Position numbers and translations under genes: made by a program
Shown here: positions 51,331 through 64,000 of the stretch, one piece after another
Layout: every line of letters begins with the position of its first letter
Numbering within the stretch: the stretch's first letter is position 1
Source of the DNA: Octopus sinensis
Lineage: Eukaryota
Reading direction: 5' to 3'
Length of the DNA: 64,000 nt
NCBI RefSeq assembly: GCF_006345805.1
Contig: NC_043013.1
Location: 32,488,001 to 32,552,000 of the forward strand
The notes under the pieces: generated by a model
The model's input: only the letters and a program-made list of their open reading frames with translations
Database searches by the model: none
Told to the model about the DNA's origin: nothing

Positions 51331-52543
51331 TAAAATAGTTTTTAACTATTAATGGTGAGGTACTGTTGATATACAGAGATGTACTTGCATAGCAAGTGAC
51401 TTGATCTGAGGTGGTGTGCTGAAACAAAAACAATTGCAGTGTGGGAGATATTTGTAAGCCATTTAAGAACACACAAAAAACCGTTAGTTTCACTTGAACA
51501 TTTAATTTTAATTTGTGTCAAAATATTTTCATCGCTTTGAAACTGTATTCTTTCACCACAACTGTTTCTGTTGTACCTGTATTTCAAAGGGCCAGCCTTG
51601 TCACACTCTGTGTTATGCTGAATCTCTCCGAGAACTACGTTAAGGGTACACATGTCTGTGGAGTGCTGCTCAGCCACTTGCACATTAATTTCACAAGCAG
51701 GCTGTTCTGTTGATCGGATCAACTGGAACCCTCATCGCCGTAACTGACGTGAAATGCCACATCATTTTGTGAAGGCGCGTGACTTAGTGGTTCAGGCATT
51801 AGGCTAATGATCGTAAGGTCGTGAGTTCAATTCCTGGTGATGCATTGTGCCCTTCAGCAAGACACTTTCTTTCACGTTGCTCCAGTCCACTCAGCTGGCA
51901 AAAATGAGTAGCCCTTGTATTTCGAAGGGCCAGCTTTGTCACACTTGCATGTTAATTTCATGAACAAGCTGTTCCATTGCTCGTATCAGCTGGGACCCTC
52001 CTCATCATAACCGATGAAGTGAGTGTTGTAATACTATTCCGCACATACAATAACAGCCATACCAACAATCCAACATACCTCCATCATCAGCTGCCCCACA
52101 GATATGTATATTCATATATACAGATATATATATATATATCATCATCATCATCATCGTTTAACGTCCATTTTCTGCGCTAGCACGGGATGGACGGTTCGAC
52201 CGGGGTCTGGGAAGCCAGGAGACTGCACCAGGCTCCAGTCTGATCTGGCAGAGTTTCTACAGCTGGATGCCCTTCCTAACGCCAACCACTCCGCGAGTGT
52301 AGTGGGTGATTTTTACATGCCACCTGCACAGGTGCCAGGGGAGTCCAGCATCAGCCACGATTGGTTGGTGCTTTTAACGTGCCACCGGCACGGAAGCCAG
52401 CTAAAGCGGCACTGGCATCGGCCACGTTCGGATGGTGCTTTTTATGTGCCACCGGCACAGAAGCCAATCGAGGCGGCGCTGGCATCGGCCACGTTCGGAT
52501 GGTGCTTTTTATGTGCCACCAGCACAGAAGCCAGTCGAGGCGG

Positions 52544-52586
<43 letters not shown>

Positions 52587-53094
52587 GCTTCTTTCAGTTT
52601 CCATCTACCAAATCCAATCATAAGGCTTTGTTGACCTGAGGCTATAGTAGAAGACATTTGCCCAAGGTGCCACACAGTTGGATTGAACCCAGAACCATGT
52701 GATTGAGAAGCAAGCTTCTTACCACACAGCTATGACTGCACTATATAACACCAAAAATATAAAAGCCTTACTATGTGCACGTAACTCCACACAGCAAGCC
52801 AAACTAACAAAAGAACTTATACGTGGTCAATCGACTGCTGAATATAGCAACCAAATCTCCCTCAAAGCACACATCTATCCTTTTTATTCTTTTATCTGTT
52901 TGTCATTTAACTGTGAACATGCTGGAGCACCACCTTTAGTCGACCAAATCGACCCCAGGACTTATTCTTTGTAAGTCTAGTACATATTCTATCAGTCTCT
53001 TTTGCCGAACCGCTAAGTTACAGAGACTTAAACACACCAGCATCGGTTGTCAAGCGATGTTGGGGGGGGGGGACAAACACAGATACACAAACAT

Positions 53095-53125
<31 letters not shown>

Positions 53126-53994
53126 CATACATACACGACGGGCTTCTTTCAGTTTCCGTCTACCAAATCCACTCACAAGGCTTTGGTTGGCCCAAGGCTA
53201 TAGTAGAAGACACTTGCCCAAGGTGTCACGCAGTGGCATTTTAGGTTAAGGGTATATTCCACAAAGTAGTTTCTGATGTATAAAATGGCAGGAGAGTCAC
53301 ATCTAGAATGCTTCTGATCAATAAACAAATATTCAATATTTATAAGTGCTGGTGTGATTGTGTGGTTAAGAAAGTTGCTTTCCAATCACATGGTTTCAGG
53401 TTCAGTCTCACTGTGTGGCACTTTGAGCAAGTATCTTCTACAAGAGTCTTGGGCTGACCAACACCTTACGAGTGGATTTGGTAGATGGAAACTGAAAGAA
53501 GCCCTATGTGTGAGAGTGTGTGTACATACTGGAAATGAATGACATTGCTTATATGATAATGATAGTCATTTACAACTGTCACATGATGTCAATCCAAGGG
53601 GACACAATCACACACACACACACACACACACAAACATGGGATTCTTTCAGCTTCCATCTGCATGTGTGTGTGCGTGTGTATGATTATGTCCCCTTGGCTT
53701 GACATCATGTGACAGTTGTAAATGATTGTCGTTATCATACAAGCAGTATCCTTCATTTCCAATGTTCTGCCAAAACATTCAAGGGTTGGTGACAGGAAGG
53801 GCATCTGGCCACTGGAAATATGTCTCAATAAATTTCACCCAACTCATTCAAGTATGGAAAAGCAGATGTTAAAACAATGGCAATGAAGATAGAATTTCTA
53901 CAGTATCTATACGACATCTATAAATATTTTACAAATTAATACACTTTAACTATTTAACATTAAATAGTTTAATTATCAATAATTAATCACTCTA

Positions 53995-55030
53995 AGGCAG
54001 GAAGCTGGCAGAATCGTTAGCATGCCAGGCAAAATGCTTAGCAGCATTTCATCTGTCTTTATATTCTGAGTTCAAATTCCACCAAGGTTCGCTTAAACTT
54101 TCATCCTTTCAGGGTCGATAGTATAAGTACCAGTTGAGTACTGGGGTCAATGTAATCGACCTACCTCTTCCCCAAAAATTTCAGGCATTGTGCCTACAGT
54201 GGAAAGGAATATTAATACCATCATTACCATTATTAAGGCGCCAAGCTGGCAGAATTATTTGCAATATGGGCAAAATGCTTAGCAACATTTCATCCGTGTT
54301 TACATGATCTGAGTTCAAATTCTGCCAAGGTCAACTTTGCCTTTCACCCTTTTGGGGTCAATAGACTAAGTACCAGTTAAGCAATGGGATCAATCAGCCT
54401 ACCCACATATTAATACTATTTTAATTATTCTTGAGGCACCAAATTCCACCAATGTCAACTTTACTTTTCATCCTTTTGGGAGTCAATAAAATAAGTACCA
54501 GTTGACTACTGGGGTTGATGCAATCGACTTATATTCTCTCCTCTGAAATTGCTGGCTTTGTGTCAAAATCTGAAATCAATATTAATACTTTCATTATTAT
54601 TATTAATGCACTGAGCTGCCAGAATCATTAGCATAACATATATTCAATTTTGCCTTTTGTCTTTTCAGGGTCAATAGATTAAGTACCAGTGACGTGCTGG
54701 GCTCAATGTAATCAGCTGTCCTGCCTCCCTGTGATTTCGGCCTTTGTGCTAAAAATTCAAAGTCAATAATTAACCATTCTTATATTTGCATCTCACCATA
54801 ATTGCTGTTTACTAATTAGTTTCACATGTATTTAATATTTAATGCTGGTGGGTTGGTAGAATTGTTTGAGCACCAGATAAAATGCCTTGCAGCATTTGTT
54901 TCAGTTCTTCATGTTCTGAGTTCAAGCACCACTGAGATCGAGTCAACTTTTTTTATTTTCCTGGGCCTGATAAAAATAAAGTAGCAATCAAGAACTGGAA
55001 ACAATACAATCAACTAACTCCACCCCCAAA
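53995..55030 (+). mobile_element. Cluster of about 5 old, same-orientation SINE family B copies
   Basis: Repeated gagctggcagaat..gagttcaaattcc..tttcatccttt..aagtaccag segments separated by AT-rich spacers. Confidence 0.75.
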
Positions 55031-55224
55031 TTTCTGGCCTGAAAGGCTCTGAAACGGTGCATCCTCAAGGAAAATAAATTTCATTTTCGAAATCTGCATC
55101 CCAAAGAGAATGTTGTCCATAAATAATAAAAGAAAAATATTAATTTGCGATGAGAAACAACTCAACATTCAGATCTACAAATCTCTTAATCTCTGTCGCC
55201 ATCTATCTATCTCCCTCTATTATT

Positions 55225-55258
<34 letters not shown>

Positions 55259-56064
55259 AATGTATTATCTCTCACACGTAGCTTTCATTTTGTTTAAAAC
55301 TTTTGTCTTCTAACATTTATCACAGCTGTCATGTACAAATCCTATTTTCTGATTGAGTAAAAATGGTCACACTTTCAACCTTTGTAACATTTCTCTAAAA
55401 TTTTCCTGAAATGAATCACAATTTTCAGATTCAGAGCAAATAACCGCATCAATATACCAAATATGAAAATTTGCACTTGATTCTAAAACTTCAAAATCTG
55501 TGACAGCAACAGGAAAGATCTCTCTATTCGTCTCCCTCTTTCATTTTTCGCTTTTCTCATGGTAAACATATCTCCATCAACATCATCATCACCACCAACA
55601 CCAACACCACCATTGCCATCGCCACTGCCACCACCACTACCACTACCACCATTAGCAGCAGCAGTATTATCATCAACAACAACAACAACAACCCCCCACC
55701 ATTTTAACATCCTCTTTCCCATGCTTTGAATGGGTCAGACAGAGTTTGAGGCAGATTTTCATCAGCCAAATTACCTTTCCTATCACCAATCCTCACTTGT
55801 TTGCAAGTGAGCCAATATTTCCCCATGGCCAAACATGTTCCCTCACAGAATACTAGGTTGACATTGACATTTTACAAGTATCACATGATGTCAAGATGAA
55901 AAGACACACACACACACACATATACATATATATAATAATTATTATTTGAGGGAATAAAATCCAAACTTACAAGGAAAAATTCAATTTAGAAATTTTTTTA
56001 TACACACATAGATATATAGGAGAGTATTGTAGTTCGCTTGAAGCATTGTGTATTGTTTGTAAAG

Positions 56065-56368
56065 AATAAAAAGTTTTGAATGGTACAACAATACACTATA
56101 ATACAGACAATGGACTATTATAACTGTTGTAATTTAGTCATCCATAGTGTGATATATTTTGGTATAAAATTCCTTCTTCAGATATTCTTAGATGGAGTTA
56201 CTGTTATAATCACAAAACCGATTATAGCAGCAACTTCATCTAAGAATATCTGAAGAAGGAATTTTATTCTGAAATATCATATCACACTATGGATGACTAA
56301 ATTACAACAGGTGTATAGCCCATTGTTTGTATTATAGTTCATTGTTGTACCATTCAAAACTTTTTATT
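56065..56368. repeat. Fold-back element, arms of about 150 bp
   Basis: Near-perfect inverted arms around a short loop near 56217. Confidence 0.9.
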
Positions 56369-57083
56369 GTTATATTACTCTTTTACTCTTTTAGTCGTTT
56401 CAGTCTGCGGCCATGCTAGAGCACCGCCTTTAATCAAGCAACTCGATCCCGGGACTTATTCTTTGTAAGCCCAGTACTTATTCTAACGGTCTCTTTTGCC
56501 GAACTGCTAAGTGACGGGGACATAAACACACCAGCATTGGTTGTCAAGCAATGCTACGGGGACAAACACAGACACACAAACACACACACATACATATATA
56601 TATATACAAATATACGACGGGCTTCTTTCAGCTTTGGTCGGCCCGAGGCTATAGTAGAAGACACTTGCCCAAGGTGTCACACAGTGAAAATTAAAATCCA
56701 AGGTTTATACCAATATTAGTAATTAAATGCGATTCAGTCTGTTGAGATATTTTGAAAGAATTTTAATAACCTAACGATATGTCTTTCATACTCCTCTTAC
56801 AAGATTTTGCCCAATAAACTGTTTTAATTACTGGAATTCAATTCTTTGGGGCAAGATCGAAACAGCTGTAAGCAAACATGCTGAATTTTTGCAGTTGATA
56901 AATCATATTAACACTACTTCTCCATTTTCTGGATTTTAATTTGAATATTTATAAACCAGGATTTATATTTAAACTTATTATTTTAGGAATATTACTATTC
57001 ACAACAAAATAATAGGTAACAAACCAGTAAGTCATTGGATGTTTTCTATTTTAACCTCTATTTAGAATTATATATATATATAC

Positions 57084-57300
57084 TCTTTTACTCTTTTACT
57101 TGTTTCAGTCATTTGACTGTGGCCATGCTGGAGCACTGCCTTTAGTTGAGCAAATCGACCCCAGGACTTATTCTTTGTAAGCCTAGTACTTTATCTATCG
57201 GTCTCTTTTGCCGAACCGCTAAGTTACGGTGACGTAAACACGCCAGCATCGGTTGTCAAGTGATGTAGGGGGGACAAATACAGACCCACAAACAAATACG

Positions 57301-57356
<56 letters not shown>

Positions 57357-57520
57357 TACAACGGGCTTCTTTCAGTTTCCGTGTACTAAATCCACTCACA
57401 AGGCTTTGGTCGGCCCGAGGCTATGGTAGAAGACACTTGCCCAAGGTGCCACGCAGTGGGACTGAACCCGGAACCATGTGGTTGGTAAACAAGCGATTTA
57501 CCACACAGCCACTCCTACGC
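57084..57520 (-). mobile_element. SINE family A (near consensus)
   Basis: Full tail, body and head. Confidence 0.88.
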
Positions 57521-57754
57521 CACTCCTATATATAATAAATAACTGAAATGGAAAACAGTATTCTGGAAACTTTATTTATCACAACGATCATTTCAGTATA
57601 ATTCTGCACTGCTCCCTAATGTGTGAGGAATGATATGAGGGACTTACCCAAAATACAGTTTGGATGCTAAATTTTGAATTTCAAATCTAAACTTTAATTA
57701 TATATATATGATGAATTTATAATAAAGGAGAATAGAGATTTATATTCAGTTTAA

Positions 57755-58075
57755 GTCAGTAGATAATTTCTTCTTTTCATTTCTGCACCTACACGTTTCT
57801 GCAGCAACTGATATACACAACAAAATTTGCATCTTTATGTGCACTTATTGTTAGTTGCCTCTTCTTCAGAGAGGGTAGAGTCAACTGCATTGTTGAGATA
57901 GAATCTAAATTAAAAAAATTTAATTTAGATTCTATTGGAACAGTACAGTTGACTCCACCCTGAAAACACAGCAATTAACAATAGATGCTCATAAAGATGC
58001 AAATTTTGCTGTATACATCAGTTGCTTCAGAAACAAGTGTAGGTGCAGAAATGCAAAGAAATAATTTACTGCTGA
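57755..58075. repeat. Fold-back element, arms of about 155 bp
   Basis: Imperfect inverted arms centred on tagaatctaaattaaa/tttaatttagattcta. Confidence 0.88.
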
Positions 58076-58239
58076 ATAAAACTGGATCATCATCATCATC
58101 ATTTAATACCCATGTTCCATGCTAGCATGAGTGGGGCTGTACCACAAGAGCAAGCCAGGCCAAAGCTTTCACCAGACTTCTGTGATTGTTATGGCAGGAT
58201 TCTTATAGCTGGATGCCCTTCCTGACAACAACCAGTCAG

Positions 58240-58720
58240 CAGAGTAGACTTAGTGCTTTTTATGTGGCACAAGCACAGGCGAAGTCAGTTTTGGCAAGGT
58301 TTTTACAACTGGGTGCTCTCCCGAACACCAACCACTTTACAGTGCGGACTGGGTGCTTTTAAGTGGCACCTGTATTGACAGGGTCACCCTGGACGAATGC
58401 AACCAGTTTGGCTGACACCCTACTTAATCTAACATTGGAATCACCAAGTACATGCAAAAACTTTTAGGAGGGAAGGAGGCGTTGAGGGAGGAGATGATGA
58501 AAGGTTATAGTGAGACAGATATAGGTGTCTTGCTGAAGAGGAAGTACAAGACTACCTGGCCGGAGAGAGAAAGACCAGGAATGAAGACAGAAACAGGTGT
58601 GCTACTGCAAAGAAAATATATTATATAGTTGCCCAACCTGAGAGAAGTGCAGAAGAGAGAGGGAGAGAGGGGGAAAGATGGGGGAAGAGAGAGGGAGAGG
58701 GAGAGAGAGAGTGTGGGAGA
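58240..58720. repeat. Local direct duplication, copy 1 (copy 2 at about 60008-60480)
   Basis: About 480 bp of colinear, highly similar sequence 1.77 kb apart. Confidence 0.9.
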
Positions 58721-59414
58721 CCACAGGATGGGAATAAATCCCTTTTCTCTTTTATTATAAATTCCTTATTTTCTCTACCAAAAACATGCTGTCTCTATAG
58801 AGACATGGATTTACCAATGTGAAGACAGACTGAGGTTAGTAAATCAAAGTAACTGGAGTTTTTTATGCACACATTGAGTTAGCCAGTATTAATAACCGGT
58901 AAATGTGACTACGGTACCCATTTGGATTCTGTATCCCTACCAACCAAAATTTGGAAATTTATCATTTATATTCTTTTGCTCTTTCATTTGTTTCAGTCAT
59001 TTGACTGCAGCCATGCTGGAGCACTGCCTTTTAGTCAAACAAATCGACTCCAGGACTTATTCTTTGTAAGCCTAGTACTTATTATATTAGTCTCTTTTGC
59101 CAAACCGCTAAGTTATAGGGACATAAACACACCAACATCAGTTGTTAAGCGATGGTGGAGGGACAAACAAAGACACACAAACATATACATACACACACAC
59201 ATATATATGTATATATACATATAAACGATGGGGTTCTTTCAGTTTCCGTCTACCAAATCCACTCACAAGGCTTTGGTCGGCACAAGGCTATAGTAGAAGA
59301 GACTTGCCCAAGGTGTCATGCAGTGGGACTGAACCCTGGACCAGTGGCTGGTAAGCAAGCTATGTACCATATAGTCACTCCTGTGCCTATAAAAAAATGT
59401 GCCCCAGGTGAGGC

Positions 59415-59455
<41 letters not shown>

Positions 59456-60566
59456 CGACGTGCTTTGTTCAGTTTCCGTCTACTTAATCCGTACATAAGG
59501 TTTTGGTCGGCCCAGAGCCATAGTTGATAACAAATACCCAAGGTGCCACTCAGTGGGACTGAACCCAGAACCATGAGGTTTGCAAACTTCTTACTGTACG
59601 CCTGTGTCTATGTTTCGTAGTTATAAATAAACTTTTGATGTGACAATCACCAAACGGGATATACGAGGCTGTTACAGATGTAGGCCTGAAAAGAAAAGAT
59701 TACTTGAAGATTTTTCAATTTCAGGGGAGGTAACTCATACTTAAGGGAAATAACTTTGAGTAATCTATTTTCTTTACTACCCACAAGGGGCTAAACACAA
59801 GGGACAAACAAGGACAGACAAACGGATTAAGTTGATTACAGTGCGTAACTGGTACTTAATTTATCGACTCCAAAAGGATGAAAGGCAAAGTCGACCTCGG
59901 CGGAATTTGAACTCAGAACGTAACGTTAAGATATCCACACTTGCAAGCATTTAGGCCAAGTCTTGAGTCTGAATGATGACTCTCTCTCACACACACACAC
60001 ACACACAGTAGACTTACTGCTTTTTATGTGGCACAAGCACAGGCGAGGTCAGTTTTGGCAAGGTTTTTACAATTGGATGCTCTTCCGAACACCAACCACT
60101 TTACAGTGTGGACTGGGTGCTTTTAAGTGGCACCTGTATTGACAGGGTCACCCTGGCAAATGCAACCAGTTTGGCTGACACCCTACTTAATCTAACATTG
60201 GAATCACCAAGTACATGCAAAAACTTTTAAGAGGGAAGGAGGCGTTTGGGGAGATGATGATGAAAGGTTATAGTGAGACAGATATAGGTGTCTTGCTGAA
60301 GAGGAAGTACAAGATTACCTGGCCGGAGAGAGAAAGACCAGGAATGAAGACAGAAACAGGTGTGCTACTGCAAAGAAAATATATGGTTGCCCAACCTGAG
60401 GGAAGTGCAGAAGAGGGAGAGAGGGGGAAGATTGAGAGAGAGAGGGGAGGGATGGGAGAGATAGAGAGAGAGAGATTAGTTATAAGCATTCAATAATATC
60501 ATTTTGGCTCATTAACGCGTAGGACGTCAGGAATGGCTAAATACAATAACATAGAGTGATGTAAAT

Positions 60567-60875
60567 CAGTGCTACTCAAAGCGGTCGTCTGCAGACCATT
60601 ATCTGCCGGTACGCGGCGAGTTTCCAGAAAAGAAAGAAACAATAGATAAATTTCAGTAATTTTGATTTATGCACTGCAGTAAACAACTTAGCTTATGTAA
60701 TATTGTATAATTTGTTTACAAAATAAATATAGGATAAAAAAAAATTGTCAACTTTTATTATATTCATTATATATATTGTTTCCTGTATAAATTAAAATCA
60801 TTAAGAAACATTACCTGGCACATTGGGAAAAAAAATACTGCCGTTACATCACATCAGATAGTTTAAGAAGCACTG
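60567..60875. mobile_element. hAT (Charlie-like) MITE
   Basis: TIRs cagtgctactcaaa / tttaagaagcactg; TSD atgtaaat/atgtaaac (7/8 match). Confidence 0.82.
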
Positions 60876-61225
60876 ATGTAAACAACATTGAAGGCATCCA
60901 GTGTTAATAAGATACTACAGATACACGAGCACCAAATCCAATTTAAACCATAGATCTGACTCTGGGGTTGATCCTTGGTGTGACTAGGAATTTAATCATC
61001 ATTTAGCATCTGCTTTCCAGGCTGGCATGAGTTGGGCAGTCTGACTGAGGACTGGCAAGCCAGGAGGCTACACCAGGCTCCAATCTGTTATGCCAAGGTT
61101 TCTACAGCTTGATGCCCTTCCTAATGCCAACCACTTCAAGAGAGTAGTGAGTGTTTTTTACGTGCCACTGGCATGGGTGCCGTTCAGGTGACACTGATAT
61201 ATATTAAGAATTGAATTCTCATAGG

Positions 61226-61275
<50 letters not shown>

Positions 61276-61446
61276 TAATCTTTTCTACTCTAAGCACAAG
61301 GCCTGCAATTTCTGGGGAGGGTGCTAGTCGATTAGATCAACTCCAGTACACAACTGGTACTTAATTTATCAACCCCAAAAGGATGAAAGACAAAGTCAAC
61401 CTTGGCAGAATTTGAACTCAGAACATAAAGACGGAAGAAATACCGT

Positions 61447-61740
61447 TTCAAATGAGTAATAACAGATGATGGATAATTGTCAGCTCATTACAGCTGTTTC
61501 TAACACACTTTTTTTTTTTTTTCATTTTAATAAAAGAATGAGAATGTTACTTCATTACAAAAAAATCCGTAATCATTCGATGAAACATAATTTTACGAAC
61601 AAAAGAATATCCCAAGAATACAGCAGGGACATAACTGAAGTCTGTCAAGGCTAACTATGAAATGAGAGAAAAAAAAAGGCGTAGGAAACAAGTGTAATGA
61701 GCTGACAATTACCCATCGTCTCTTATTATTCATTTGATGA
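61447..61740. mobile_element. MITE-like element with inverted termini of about 55 bp
   Basis: tcaaatgagtaataac..gctcattacagctgtttc versus gaaacaagtgtaatgagc..ttattcatttga. Confidence 0.6.
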
Positions 61741-61967
61741 TAATATGCCAAGGGGATTGATGACTTGACAGACACCCTAGAGTATACCAATAATGTACAA
61801 TTCAATGTAATGCATGCTTTGGACTAGCCCCTAAGTGCTAAATACTCATAGGATTGGGGTTTTTTTCTGAGTACACAACCAGAATATCCTATTTAATACT
61901 TACCAACCATAAACCAGAATCACAGGTTTATCCAACCCTACCTGGTGCATATCTTTTCAAGTACCCT

Positions 61968-62033
61968 ATTCTATCTGAATCCTTATTTTACTATATATAT
62001 ATATATATAGTAAAATAAGGATTCAGATAGAAT
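61968..62033. repeat. Perfect 66-bp spacerless palindrome centred on (TA)9
   Basis: attctatctgaatccttattttac(ta)9gtaaaataaggattcagatagaat. Confidence 0.95.
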
Positions 62034-62763
62034 GTACCTCTGTGCAGTGGTGCAATGGAAACTTTAACACACATGAAACAAACATTCTGGGGCTGCATTT
62101 GTCAGGTCAGTGACTTAATCAAAGACTACGTTGAAACTAAAGCAACATCACAGACAAAGCCATTTAATAACACACAAAATCCGTTAAATGTACTTCCAAT
62201 TTATTTCATGTGTGTTAAAGTTTCCATCGCACCACTGCACACCTGGTCACTGACACAGTCCCACTCATGAAACAAATTTAGATTTGAAGGGAATTCAACA
62301 GCCTTTATCATTTTCATCATTTAGTGTCTGTTTTCCATGCTGGCAGGGATTGGCTGGTTTGACAGGATCCAAAAAGATGCAGAGTTGCATCAACTCCTAA
62401 TGTCATCTTTGGCATGATTTCCATGGCTTTTGGATACCCACTTCCAAACACCAACCACTTTACAGTCTATATTTGGAGCCTTTTTGATGACACCAGCACA
62501 AGTGAGGTCACCAAACAACTTGCAAACTGTTCCACAATGCAAACACCATAATTTTCTGTTTTTTTATGTTTCTAAATGGGAGACATATTTTAATTTTAAT
62601 CTTTAAACACTCCATATAATTATGGCTGCTACTTTTTTCAGGTATATTTTCTACCCGCAAATAATTCTATACCTGGACTTGATACTTTTTTAATAATCTA
62701 AAGTAATGATTCTTAACTTTCATTTTTTTAGTGTACCACCCCTTCTTCCTCACCTTTTAAGTA

Positions 62764-63101
62764 CCATATTTGATGGCCTATAAGACGCACCTTTTTTACC
62801 CAAAAATGGCTTCAAAAATCCTCCTGCATCCAATGGCTCAAAACTTACGACTGTTGGCCGAAATTATACATCAGAGGTTACAAAACGTGTGCTGCCATCT
62901 ATTGGTGAACAATCACCTACGGTACATTTGTATTGAATGTGGATGCAATAAATTCCTTATAATTACCAGTAATAACATAAAGCTATACAGGTAAGTGGAG
63001 GAATTAAAACATTATTTTAGTGGTAATTTATTTTACAAAAGTATAGCCTAGGCTAGAGTGCATCCTATGCACTCGTGCGTCTTATAGGCCATCATATACA
63101 G
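62764..63101. mobile_element. pogo/Tc2-like MITE
   Basis: TA on both sides; tgatggcctataagacgcac / gtgcgtcttataggccatca inverted ends. Confidence 0.8.
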
Positions 63102-63346
63102 TAATTGTTATGCCTGGTGCCCACCAAAATGGTGAATAAAGTATCACAACAAAACTAACTTAGCATGGATGACATCTTGTGAATTTTAATCTAAAAGTGG
63201 ATTGTTTAAGCTTTTAACAATGAAATGTTAAGAAATTTATAAAGACAAAAGTTGTCGATTTATTTTATACATTGCAAGTTAATTACTTCCCTGTGCCTAA
63301 TGAGATTTAATTTTATTTTAATACCATCATTACTGGTGTAATCATG

Positions 63347-63735
63347 TACTAGCACCGGTGTTGCTCGGATTTGTTTCAACCCTTTAGAATTGGAATTTTT
63401 GAAAAGTAAAAATTTTGCATTATGTAGCTTGTTATTCTCTTTAAGTGAACATTTTTCTGGTTGAAATACACCGAAAAAATGGCAACACAGCAGTCAAAAA
63501 ATTGTAAAAAATAGGGATTTTCATAGAAAAAAAGCACCTTTTTGATGTAAATAATTTTTGGTGTTAACATGGTCCGATTTGAATGTTTTCTTCTACAGAA
63601 GGAAGAGCAAACCTTCTTCTATCATACTCTCAACTTTGGTCAACTTGCGACACAGGGTCTCGGGGGAGATAGTGTTAGTTGAAGGCTACCAAACCTGCCA
63701 TACACAGACAACTTCAGTTTTATATATAGAGAGAT
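63347..63735 (+). mobile_element. Helentron-associated (HINE-like) element, second family
   Basis: Same terminal motifs as 1227-1613 with a different interior. Confidence 0.5.
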
Positions 63736-63777
63736 AATATAATTACTACTATAGGTAAAATTTAGCATGTTAATTAT

Positions 63778-63990
63778 ATTCTTTTCTACTCTAGGCACAA
63801 GGCCTGAAATTTTGGGAAGGGGGCTAGTCGATTAGATCAACCCCAGTACACAACTGGTACTTAGTTTATTGACCACGGAAGGATGAAAGGCAAAGTCGAC
63901 CTCGGCGGAATTTGAACGCAGAACGTAGAGACAGAGGAAATGCCACTAAGCATTTCACCCGGCATGCTAAAGTTTCTGCCAACTCGCAGC
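63778..63990 (-). mobile_element. SINE family B, full length
   Basis: Head (gttggcagaaacttagcatgccggg) through the ttttctactctaggcacaagg tail. Relatives at 21650, 22040, 59760 and 61270. Confidence 0.82.
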
Positions 63991-64000
63991 CTTTAGCATG

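Noticed and set aside
60215-60496. 93-aa ORF in the duplicated segment
   Set aside because: The paralogous copy at 58450-58720 has indels that break the frame, and the ORF ends in a (GA)n repeat.

Overview
AT-rich, microsatellite-dense eukaryotic DNA. The SINE/MITE content resembles an octopus (cephalopod) genome; this is an inference from repeat character, not a database hit. One host gene is supported: a minus-strand Lines homolog (LINS1-like). Its four coding exons (43270-42956, 34074-32940, 19257-19017, 13309-12256) join with GT-AG sites and matching phases into a 914-aa ORF, and a non-coding first exon must lie further upstream. Most of the remainder is mobile DNA: a decayed hAT transposon with nested insertions, Tc1/mariner remnants, hAT, MULE-, Merlin-, piggyBac- and pogo-like MITEs (several with exact TSDs), RTE and R4/Dong-type LINE fragments, at least three tRNA-type SINE families, Helentron-like elements and fold-back palindromes. 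The main unexpected signal is a set of hammerhead ribozyme (HHR) motifs found by reading the sequence. The best is a 159-bp tandem duplication in a LINS intron, on the gene's sense strand, where each unit carries a type I HHR with a GUC site, a perfect 8-bp stem I and a dimer-competent stem III, as in retrozymes and Penelope-like elements. Several minimal Penelope-type HHR variants (CUGUNGA core, covarying stem I) also occur, some as tail-to-tail inverted pairs. None of these has been tested for activity.
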